From assembly GCA_902784465.1 (NCBI GenBank), contig CACZUZ010000008.1, forward strand, positions 2,963 through 66,962: a DNA stretch of 64,000 bases. Reading direction: 5' to 3'. Position 1 is the stretch's first letter. Every line of letters begins with the position of its first letter. The notes below the pieces were generated by a model. The model saw only the letters and a program-made list of their open reading frames with translations, made no database searches and was not told the DNA's origin. Origin of the DNA: an uncultured Bacteroidota bacterium. Its GTDB lineage: Bacteria; Bacteroidota; Bacteroidia; Bacteroidales; P3. Position numbers and translations under genes: made by a program. Below are positions 34,864 through 42,975 of the stretch, in pieces.

Positions 34864-37644
34864 CTACACTTTCAAATCTTTTTCCATCTCCATAACTCGT
34901 GGATCATATCCACTCAATCCTTCTGGTTCTTTATTTATCTTTGCCTGAGCTAATTGAATACTGTCGTCAGCAAGTTTCAAATTGAATGAGAGATGGAAAT
35001 CCGGTTTGACCTTGTTCCTGATATCTTTATCAGGATAGAACTCCTTTAACGGCTCAGCATAGCGTCTTTGCAGATAGCCATCGGGGGTATCTATACTAAT
35101 ATTGGCTGTACCCTGAACCATGTATACCTTATGGCTTTTCTTGTTAGAGTATACAAGATAGCCTACGCTGGTGAAGTCTTTGATAACCTGTGGTGTCTTG
35201 GGAGCCACAAACATGGAGGCGCTATAGCCCTTGTCGAGTTTAGATAAGTCGGTGTCATTTATATTGACAACCACAAGCGCTTTGTTGGAATCCCTGTGCG
35301 ATGCAAGAGCATAGTCACTAATCTGTTGTCCTGTCAAGAACACAGGCGACCCATGCCACTCTTCTCGAAGCCATCTCTCAGAAACATCTTCGCCTATGGA
35401 TTTCCTGAATGCTATCTCGTTATAGAGACCTATGTTCAGCATTGCATTTATATTAGCTTGCTCAAAATAAGCCTCTTCCGAGAACGAATACACAATGTAT
35501 GGCCCATCTGGTCTTTCATAGCCATTGCTATCCATCCACTCTGTAGAACGGGTTTTCCAACTCTCAATCCTATAGATATGGTAGTCAAGCTTCTCCCTGT
35601 CATTTATTTCATACAAAACCAAATATCTTGCAGAAACAACATTCTCATCAATAATTCCATTTCTGTAACCATGTCGATTTATTTTTGCTCGAATGTTGTA
35701 CATCATGTGTTCCAGAATCCAATCCAACTGGTTCTTGTCGCCACTGCGGTAGCCTCCCACTAGGAATATTTCGTCCCTGAAGTCTTCGAACTTGAATACC
35801 TTTGACTGGGTTGTCCCCACCCCTTGTCCTTTAGCAGGTCTATATGTCAAATCCGCAAACTTATTGATAACATCGCGTGGATCGGTTCCCAATGCATAAT
35901 AGCGGATGTTGAAATCCATGCTTAATGTTGACAACAATTTCATATTGTCGTCATAGTATTCAGATCCTGTCTCTAAAGAAAGGTATAGGAACTCCTCTTC
36001 CCTGTAAGGTCTGAAGGCTTTGCCTAGCAGTTTGCGGAAGTACTTCTGTTCGACAAGACGATTCATCTTGTCCTTATTAGAAGAATCTTCATCTTCTTCA
36101 GGTGCTTCAACTTCAACAGGTTTCAACTGGAGCGAGAAAAATTGGTATTTCTCTTGAATATCCTTCATAATCTGCTCTCTGAACAGCTTCCTAGCTTTCT
36201 GTTTGAAAGTCTCTTGTGCCAGCACATCCTCGCTGCCATAGACAGACAAAACATACAGGAAATTGATGTCATAGTGCTGGAGCAACAAAGTGTCACGGTC
36301 GAAAAGTCGGTTCTCGAAGTGCACCTTTCGCTCCATTTCACCTTTTATCTCCAGGTCATCGTCTTCATACCCTCTGTCTTCAGGCACATGTGCTCGGATG
36401 AAGAAATTGGGAGTGATATTGTATCCTTCTGTATCTTCATCGCGATAGATCAGGAAGTCATCTCCTGGCGTATATTTTTTGTTGCCGCTGCTGTCCTTTT
36501 GGTTGAACAGGTCAAGATTCGCCTGAATCACATTGCGGGCATATGTATACTGCTTATAGACGGAATACTCCTTAGGGTCATTCTTCTGCTTGTAGTATTT
36601 CGAGTCGCCTATATAGAAGATATCGCCTTGGTTGTGCATAAGTCCGTTGTAGGCATAGATATGGTCAACTCGCTTGCCATCAGTCTGTTCCTTCAGATTC
36701 ATTTTCTCCACACGCTTGTCTTTCTCACATAGCAGATGATCTATCATCTCTTCAAAGACTATGTTGAAATCCTTTGCCAGTAGATGGTCGGAATAGTGGC
36801 TGTTGTTACGTATCTGACTTTGCTTGCTGAAAAAGTCATAGCACAATTGCCACATCTGCACTTGTTTGTCTGCAAAGTAGCGGTGGCGAATCTGTATCAG
36901 CCGTATTTCCCCATAACCATCCAAGTAGTTATCAAAAGCCTCGTCGGTGATGAGTGGGAAATTGTAGTTGATTTTCACGGGAAAGCCATACCTTACCTGC
37001 ATATGTTGAAGAATGGAAAAGAAGATAATGAACAGTTCTTCTTCAAAATTGGCCTGCCGTTTGCGGTTCACCACATCTATATAAACAGGAGAACCATCCT
37101 GTATGACTGCTCGGCCTTGGTTTATGGTCTTTGTCCAGTTAATCTTGTTGTAGCCAGAGTGGATGTTTTTCAGGACAAACGTAAAATAGTTCTGGTTCTC
37201 ATCGTTGAAGCGATGAAGGGAAATCAGAATATCCAGAAATGTGTTATAGACCGATTGACCAGAAAGGCTGTCGGATGGGATATCACGATACAATAATATC
37301 TTTTTATGTTGGTCATCCGCAGAAAAGCGAAACACATTGATGGCACGATAGATCCATACCGACAATCCGTAGATGAATCGGTATTCTTCCTCATTGATGG
37401 TCTTGTTTTCAAGTGATTTCTGAAGGTCAATGATTTTTTCGGGATCATACTGGTGAAACACTTTGTCATCCCTGTCCATCACAACCTTAGGAAGAAAGAA
37501 CACCGTGTCTTTGACATCGTTGGAGTAATAGTATTCCACCATGTCGGTACTATACACTCCGCCCTGCTCAAAGTTAAGAATTTTCTCGAGCAAGGCCTTC
37601 GAAGCCTCTTCTTTGTATTGGTATCCTTCTATAAAAAGCTTCAT
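34864..37644 (-). CDS. LlaJI.R2/McrC-like PD-(D/E)xK nuclease fused to a ~450-aa uncharacterised C-terminal region
   Basis: 926 aa. The N-terminal half has the LlaJI-like start (..VFFLPKV..) and the nuclease core RVD327HIY...IGD347SK349YY. From about aa 470 onward no motif is recognised. Confidence 0.7.
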   Translation of the reverse strand: MKLFIEGYQYKEEASKALLEKILNFEQGGVYSTDMVEYYYSNDVKDTVFFLPKVVMDRDDKVFHQYDPEKIIDLQKSLENKTINEEEYRFIYGLSVWIYRAINVFRFSADDQHKKILLYRDIPSDSLSGQSVYNTFLDILISLHRFNDENQNYFTFVLKNIHSGYNKINWTKTINQGRAVIQDGSPVYIDVVNRKRQANFEEELFIIFFSILQHMQVRYGFPVKINYNFPLITDEAFDNYLDGYGEIRLIQIRHRYFADKQVQMWQLCYDFFSKQSQIRNNSHYSDHLLAKDFNIVFEEMIDHLLCEKDKRVEKMNLKEQTDGKRVDHIYAYNGLMHNQGDIFYIGDSKYYKQKNDPKEYSVYKQYTYARNVIQANLDLFNQKDSSGNKKYTPGDDFLIYRDEDTEGYNITPNFFIRAHVPEDRGYEDDDLEIKGEMERKVHFENRLFDRDTLLLQHYDINFLYVLSVYGSEDVLAQETFKQKARKLFREQIMKDIQEKYQFFSLQLKPVEVEAPEEDEDSSNKDKMNRLVEQKYFRKLLGKAFRPYREEEFLYLSLETGSEYYDDNMKLLSTLSMDFNIRYYALGTDPRDVINKFADLTYRPAKGQGVGTTQSKVFKFEDFRDEIFLVGGYRSGDKNQLDWILEHMMYNIRAKINRHGYRNGIIDENVVSARYLVLYEINDREKLDYHIYRIESWKTRSTEWMDSNGYERPDGPYIVYSFSEEAYFEQANINAMLNIGLYNEIAFRKSIGEDVSERWLREEWHGSPVFLTGQQISDYALASHRDSNKALVVVNINDTDLSKLDKGYSASMFVAPKTPQVIKDFTSVGYLVYSNKKSHKVYMVQGTANISIDTPDGYLQRRYAEPLKEFYPDKDIRNKVKPDFHLSFNLKLADDSIQLAQAKINKEPEGLSGYDPRVMEMEKDLKV

Positions 37645-37651
37645 GCTTCTT

Positions 37652-37834
37652 GTCTTAAACTTACATTTTTTGTATAAATCTATTAATTAGATAACACGTT
37701 ATTTTACAGTATTTTTTACCCTAAATTCGTCTTAAATTTACATTTTTCGTTTAAATCTTACCATCTAACAAAATACTGTATTTGTGAGCTTTATACAAAG
37801 AATTCGTTTAGATTTTACATTTTTCGTTTAAATC
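37652..37834. repeat. ~76-bp tandem repeat (2.4 units) filling the spacer between the AlbA_2 gene and the nuclease gene
   Basis: Three 30-nt cores are present: gtcttaaacttacattttttgtataaatct (37652..37681), gtcttaaatttacatttttcgtttaaatct (37729..37758) and gtttagattttacatttttcgtttaaatct (37805..37834). The periods are 77 and 76 nt. Copies 2 and 3 share 22 identical nt and the preceding aattcgt. Confidence 0.85.
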
Positions 37835-39526
37835 TCACTTGATCAGAACCCACTGTTTTTTCTCGTTCACCTTTATTATTTTGTGTATTCTCAGATAAGA
37901 CAGAAGATTAGTTATCTTATTCTTCTTCTGCTGTTCTGACAATACATCCGACAACTTGTTCATCAGCAGTTCGTCTATCTCCGACCTACTGGCCGTTCCA
38001 AACTTCTCAAGATAATTCACAATCATTCTACGGAAGTACTCGTCGTCAAAGCTCTTGTTCTTCACATACGTCGATTTCAAGCCCACGTTGCCAGTGTTCT
38101 TGGTGATGGCTTTCGAAAGAAACAATCCATTCTTGCGACCCTCAACGTATTTCTTCTTTCTCAAATACTTAATCTCTTCGTCTTCCAATTTCTTTTGCTT
38201 CTGCACCTTGTCAAGCAGAATTAAGTCCAACATAGATAGATTGGGCACGCTGACCAATATCCTGGCAAACTGCTCATTGATGACCTTGCCCTCGATATCC
38301 ACCGTCACCATTCCGCCTGAGGTGTCGTATTCAGGCATAGGAAAGAAACGTTTCTTCTGCTGCTCAAACAGCTTCTTGATGCCACCACCTTCAGTATCCA
38401 CCATGTGCACATTCCTCATGGCTTCAACCAAGAACGGATTACGATAGATGGATTCAGGACTATTGTCCAACACCACTTTTTCCACCGATTCGGGAAGAAA
38501 CACTCCGTGGTTACGGAACACCAAATGGTCGTTCTCATATTCAATCACCTCAATTCTAGCACCTTTCTCGTAGTCTTGATGAGCAATTGCGTTATTCAGT
38601 GGCTCACGCAAAGTGAACTCGTCATATCGGAAGAGCTTTTCTGGGAAAATGTTGCCGCTGATGGTAAACTCATACGATGTGTTGCGAATCTGATCTCCTA
38701 TGTCCTCAATGGCCATAATCATAGGAATGGAGAACACCTTGAAGTCAAGATTCTCCGCCCGCTCGTTCCTCAGCGTCCACCGGACTTTGCAAACTCTCGG
38801 CAGCAGATAGTGTTCTGACTCCTCACGACCCACAAGGATGATAGCCGCTATGGTTATCTTTCCCTTGATGGTGATATGAGCCTTGTTCAGGAATGTCTTG
38901 TCGTCCCATCCGTCCACCTCCTTGTCTTTGCCTGGATGCACTTCTTTATATTTCTCTCGGGCTTTCAAGATGGCAACAGGATCAAGGTCCTCGATGGTGG
39001 CGTCCGGCAGTATCTGAGCCGTCCAGTCTTGTTGCAACATTCCCTCGCTCAAGATGACCTCCTCTCGCTCGTATGTCAAAGGAACGAGGTTGTCCTTGAT
39101 TCTCTGCCAGGCTTTCTTGTGCGCATACACAGGCCTACGGGGCAGATGCTTGGGAATATGAATGACCCATACCACCTTGTGAGTGTCGCTGGTGATGTAT
39201 TCGTCGATATAAAGACCTTCCGAGGAAACGTTAGTGCAATTCTCCTTAATCTTATAGATGGCTGAATTAGTGTCGAGATTGAACTGTGAGAGGTCTGTTC
39301 CAACAATCTCCAACGTCTTATCCTTGACGCCGATTACCAGCACGCCACCCTCCATATTCGCAATGCCCGACACATACGACATCACGTCCTCCCCCTCATG
39401 CCCATTGAAGGAGTTCTTCAGATTCTTCATCTCTTTCCAATCACACTTCTCATCCTCCACTGGATAGTGAGAAACCAGATAATCCCGTAATTCTTTCTCA
39501 GTCATACTTTTCTTGTGATCGCTCAT
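37835..39526 (-). CDS. AlbA_2 (Schlafen-type) / HATPase_c_4 / wHTH protein (COG2865-like putative regulator)
   Basis: The first ATG (39526) lies 1 nt after the McrB-like stop. The track start is TTG at 39550 and would overlap by 23 nt. The AlbA_2 motif is IANMEGGVLVIGVKDKTLEIVG and the HATPase_c_4 motif is LREPLNNAIAHQDYEKGARIEVIEYENDHLVFRNHG. A C-terminal wHTH-like tail is present. Confidence 0.8.
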   Translation of the reverse strand: MSDHKKSMTEKELRDYLVSHYPVEDEKCDWKEMKNLKNSFNGHEGEDVMSYVSGIANMEGGVLVIGVKDKTLEIVGTDLSQFNLDTNSAIYKIKENCTNVSSEGLYIDEYITSDTHKVVWVIHIPKHLPRRPVYAHKKAWQRIKDNLVPLTYEREEVILSEGMLQQDWTAQILPDATIEDLDPVAILKAREKYKEVHPGKDKEVDGWDDKTFLNKAHITIKGKITIAAIILVGREESEHYLLPRVCKVRWTLRNERAENLDFKVFSIPMIMAIEDIGDQIRNTSYEFTISGNIFPEKLFRYDEFTLREPLNNAIAHQDYEKGARIEVIEYENDHLVFRNHGVFLPESVEKVVLDNSPESIYRNPFLVEAMRNVHMVDTEGGGIKKLFEQQKKRFFPMPEYDTSGGMVTVDIEGKVINEQFARILVSVPNLSMLDLILLDKVQKQKKLEDEEIKYLRKKKYVEGRKNGLFLSKAITKNTGNVGLKSTYVKNKSFDDEYFRRMIVNYLEKFGTASRSEIDELLMNKLSDVLSEQQKKNKITNLLSYLRIHKIIKVNEKKQWVLIK

Positions 39527-39527
39527 G

Positions 39528-41009
39528 TCACTGTTCTTCGTTTTTGGCAATTACTTTGTCGATAAACTCCTTTACCAAAGAAAGGTCGATAGCTTCGGGG
39601 TTCGTAGCCTCGTCAGGAGTGATATTGTCTGGATAAAAGTCGTGGAAAGAAATCTTATTGCTATTCGCCCTTTTGAAGATGTCGCTCTTGAAGCCATAGT
39701 CTTTGAACACATCCTGCCACAGGTAGAACACCACCTTGCCCACAAAGGTCTCGGCAGAAATGATGGTGTTGTATTCGTCAGCCTCATCGGCTTTCTTGTC
39801 CGGCTTGCAGAAGAAGTAGCCCAATTTCTTGTCCTCGCTCTTGGTGGCATCTTCTATCTGTTTATTGATAGCTTTGACGAAATTCCACCATGGTACATCA
39901 ACAAGTTCAGCGGGCTCCTCGTCCTTGGCTGGAATGGTGAATTTGATTCTATAATTCAAGGGCTCTCCATCCTTCTTTTTGCCCTCAGCGATACGAACAT
40001 ATTTCCATTCCCATCTACGTTTGAAAGCGCTGTCGATGGGGAACAAACTTTGGTCGCTAGTGTTCATCGTCGCCCAAATGTAGAGGTTCTTGGGCAGACG
40101 CAACTTTCCATCTTTTATGCCATCCTTATTGGTCAAAATATCCTTACCGTTCTCATCTTTCCCGTTAAGGTATTTGGCCAAGTCCTTATCTGCCATTATG
40201 GGATATTCCGAGCAACCGTCGCGATCTCTGTCAAGCAGTTGGAACAGGTCTCCGAAAATCTGTGCGCAGTTGCCGCGATTGATTTCCTCGATGACAAGGA
40301 ACACTTTATCGTCCGGGTTGTTCCATGCCGCCACGTAGGCCTGGAGAAAAGCCTGTGGTACAAAAGAGTAGGTGATGCACTTTTCGTACACCTCTTCCTT
40401 GTCAGTGTTTTTCACTATGTCACCAGCCACATTGCGAACAGCTCTTTTATCCATGGTAGGCTTGTATGCACCCACAAATGTCGAATAGTCACTATCAGGA
40501 TGGAATGTGGTGCGGAACACCAAGTTCTTTTCATCGGCAGCCTTCACGCCTGCGTCATCCTTTATTCTGTGGCTTTTGCCTGTGCCTGGGGCTCCGTAGA
40601 ATATTTGTTGGAGAGCAAGGTCGTTCACTTCATTCTTTTCTTTCTCCGTAGGAACATTTAAGAACATTTTTTTTGCATACAAAAACCTCAAATAGTGTTT
40701 TAATGTGTTAGAATACTGGTTTCCACCCTTTTCATCATAATCAACAAACTTTTTTTGATTGGTCAGTTTGTTAATTACATCTTCAAACTCAACAGGATTG
40801 TCAAAATCCAGAATGGAAATTCCCTGTTTTTTGGGGAACAATAATTCAAGACACTCATTTATTCGTTTGAAATCAGAGTAATTTTTCACACTCTTTGCAT
40901 TGGTTGTGCACTTGATTATGAAATCCTGATATAAATGAAGTTGCTTTTCTATGTTCATTTTTCTTGTTTTTGAAGTTCCTTGCTCATTGTTCGCTTCCAC
41001 TATATCCAT
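39528..41009 (-). CDS. McrB-type AAA+ GTPase (LlaJI.R1-like) with unassigned N-terminal domain
   Basis: 493 aa, or 476 aa from the ATG at 40958. It has Walker A FYGAPGTGKSH, Walker B VFLVIEEINRGN, McrB signatures IFGDLFQLLDRD and IWATMNTSDQS, and FKRRWEW. Confidence 0.85.
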   Translation of the reverse strand: MDIVEANNEQGTSKTRKMNIEKQLHLYQDFIIKCTTNAKSVKNYSDFKRINECLELLFPKKQGISILDFDNPVEFEDVINKLTNQKKFVDYDEKGGNQYSNTLKHYLRFLYAKKMFLNVPTEKEKNEVNDLALQQIFYGAPGTGKSHRIKDDAGVKAADEKNLVFRTTFHPDSDYSTFVGAYKPTMDKRAVRNVAGDIVKNTDKEEVYEKCITYSFVPQAFLQAYVAAWNNPDDKVFLVIEEINRGNCAQIFGDLFQLLDRDRDGCSEYPIMADKDLAKYLNGKDENGKDILTNKDGIKDGKLRLPKNLYIWATMNTSDQSLFPIDSAFKRRWEWKYVRIAEGKKKDGEPLNYRIKFTIPAKDEEPAELVDVPWWNFVKAINKQIEDATKSEDKKLGYFFCKPDKKADEADEYNTIISAETFVGKVVFYLWQDVFKDYGFKSDIFKRANSNKISFHDFYPDNITPDEATNPEAIDLSLVKEFIDKVIAKNEEQ

Positions 41010-41207
41010 TGCCGCTAGAGAACAAGTCTATAAATGTATATTTTCTTCTTCGACATTTCCTTATTCTTCAAATCCTAATTCTTTGGCCAACTCTACATTT
41101 TTCAATGCGGAGAGGAGCTGTTCCATTATTGTCGTTCCAGACGAAGTAGCGTCTAATACTGGTTGTATAGTTCGTATCGTATTTCATCTGTCAAATATTA
41201 AGGTTAG

Positions 41208-41293
41208 TCACATATCAGTCACATAAAACAAACTCTGTTTTTCAGTAGTTTACATTTTACTACCACTTGAGTCATCACATATCAGTCACATAA
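41208..41293. repeat. perfect 19-bp direct repeat pair
   Basis: tcacatatcagtcacataa occurs at 41208..41226 and 41275..41293, 48 nt apart, immediately 3' of the DUF1016 stop codon (41298..41300). Confidence 0.9.
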
Positions 41294-41297
41294 GATT

Positions 41298-42344
41298 TCA
41301 TTCATTCTTGGATTCCTCTTCTTCCACAATCTTTCCCACAATCTGCCGCAACCGCTCTGTGTCGGGCAGATAAAGCTCGTATTTCGACACGAATAGGTTG
41401 GTGTTTATACCATAGGTGGCATATTCCACCATCAGGTCGTCCTTGTAGTGCGAGAGGATGATGCCGATGGGAGGATTGTCATCGGGTTGATTCTCTTCCT
41501 TTGCAAAATAACCGAGATACATATTCATTTGACCTATGTCCTCGTGCTGTACCCCGTCACGTTTTAGATCAATAAGGACAAAACAACGCAATATGCGGTG
41601 ATAAAACACCAAGTCGCAATGGTAGTGGCGATTGTTGACGGAGATGGAATATTGCCGTTTGACGAACGTGAAACCCTTTCCCATCTCGAGCAGGAACATC
41701 TGCAGGTTGTCTATGATGCGCTGTTCCAACAGCGTCTCTGAATAACGGTAGTCTTCCTGAATTCCAAGGAACTCCAATGTGTAACTGTCGCGAACCACAT
41801 CTTCCGGCTTTTGGATGGTGATGCCCTCTTTGGCCAATGCAAGCACGCCCTCTTTGTCTTTGCTGGCCGCCAAACGGAGATACAAGGCCGAACTCATCTG
41901 TCGTTTCAAAGTGCGCACATCCCACTTCTGAGCGATGCACTCTTTCTCGTAAAAACTACGTTCAAGGTCGTCTTCTGCCTGCATCAATACGCAAATATGC
42001 GTCCAGCTCAAATTGTCAGTCACTGACTGACAATTGGGGTATAACAGATAGAACTTTCTCATATTCACAAGGTTGGGGCGACTGAACCCACGTCCAAAGC
42101 GCACCGTGAGTTGATGTGAAAGTTCGGTCAATGTGGAAGTGCCGTAAGCCACCTTCGCTTGCCCACCCTGCTCGTATTCCACAATGTATTTCCCAATCTG
42201 CCAATAGGCTTTGGTCATCGTGGCGTTGATATGAGAGGCAACCTTTCTGCGCGCATCGTTGATGGCCATCGATATGTTGTCAATCAACGGTTGCAGCGTA
42301 GTGATACTATCTGTGGTGGTAATGACTTTTGACATAGTCGTCAT
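41298..42344 (-). CDS. DUF1016/YhcG-family PDDEXK nuclease
   Basis: 348 aa. The YhcG pattern is AYWQIGK.IVE.EQ...KA.YG, LS.L..FGRGFS..NL..MR.FY and FY....I...W.VR.L.RQ. The nuclease core is HCDLVFYH..L.C.VLIDLK. Confidence 0.85.
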   Translation of the reverse strand: MTTMSKVITTTDSITTLQPLIDNISMAINDARRKVASHINATMTKAYWQIGKYIVEYEQGGQAKVAYGTSTLTELSHQLTVRFGRGFSRPNLVNMRKFYLLYPNCQSVTDNLSWTHICVLMQAEDDLERSFYEKECIAQKWDVRTLKRQMSSALYLRLAASKDKEGVLALAKEGITIQKPEDVVRDSYTLEFLGIQEDYRYSETLLEQRIIDNLQMFLLEMGKGFTFVKRQYSISVNNRHYHCDLVFYHRILRCFVLIDLKRDGVQHEDIGQMNMYLGYFAKEENQPDDNPPIGIILSHYKDDLMVEYATYGINTNLFVSKYELYLPDTERLRQIVGKIVEEEESKNE

Positions 42345-42661
42345 CCTTCAAATCCTGATTCTTTGGCTTTATGTATTTCTTATTATAGCAACACTTTGTA
42401 GCGTCCAAAGGAAGACCAATTCCCATCGCTGTATTGCTCCCTATAGTTTCTGTTGTTCCTCATAACTATTTCTGGTCTTTTATGGATTTATGAAAATGGT
42501 GCAAAGCACCGAGTATTAATTATTTTCTTTATTTCTTTCCCTGTTTTTTATTTAGAATTCAACAATATTATAAAACTGCAAAAATACGTTTTTTTTCTGA
42601 ATCAGCAATAATAAAAAAAAGAAACCTGCTTTAAAGATCCGCTCAAATCTTGTTTTTTCCC

Positions 42662-42766
42662 CATTACACCATTACAGAATTACAGTTCAAAAAGGGTTAT
42701 TCAGCAAGAGTATTTTTTCTGTTTTAACCTTTAGGGAATCGACAAACCGACTGTAATGGTGTAATG
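42662..42766. repeat. 16-bp perfect inverted repeat built of ATTACA words (long hairpin)
   Basis: cattacaccattacag (42662..42677) is the exact reverse complement of ctgtaatggtgtaatg (42751..42766). The loop is 73 nt, and extra attaca-type words flank both arms. Confidence 0.85.
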
Positions 42767-42975
42767 TTGTAATGCTTTGTTTAGCCCTATTCGCTCGCTC
42801 GACCTATAGGTGATAAAGCTACTTATCCTCAGTATTACTTACACCATTAGCTATCTAGTAAGAACTTGACCTTGCTTTGTGTTTGCGTAATCATTCTTTT
42901 TATCACAAATAAAAACTTGCTTTTATTACAAATAAAAACCTTGTATTTGCATCACTAAGTCAAACAAGAAACTTT

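Noticed and set aside
37652-37834. The 76-bp repeats as a mini CRISPR array
   Set aside because: There are only 2.4 units, and the units are contiguous with partly homologous inter-core segments rather than unique spacers. The cores have no palindromic character, and no cas genes are in the window.
39525-40661. 378-aa plus-strand ORF opposite the McrB-like gene
   Set aside because: It has no motifs and a hydrophobic, low-complexity translation. The minus-strand frame has complete Walker A/B and McrB signatures.
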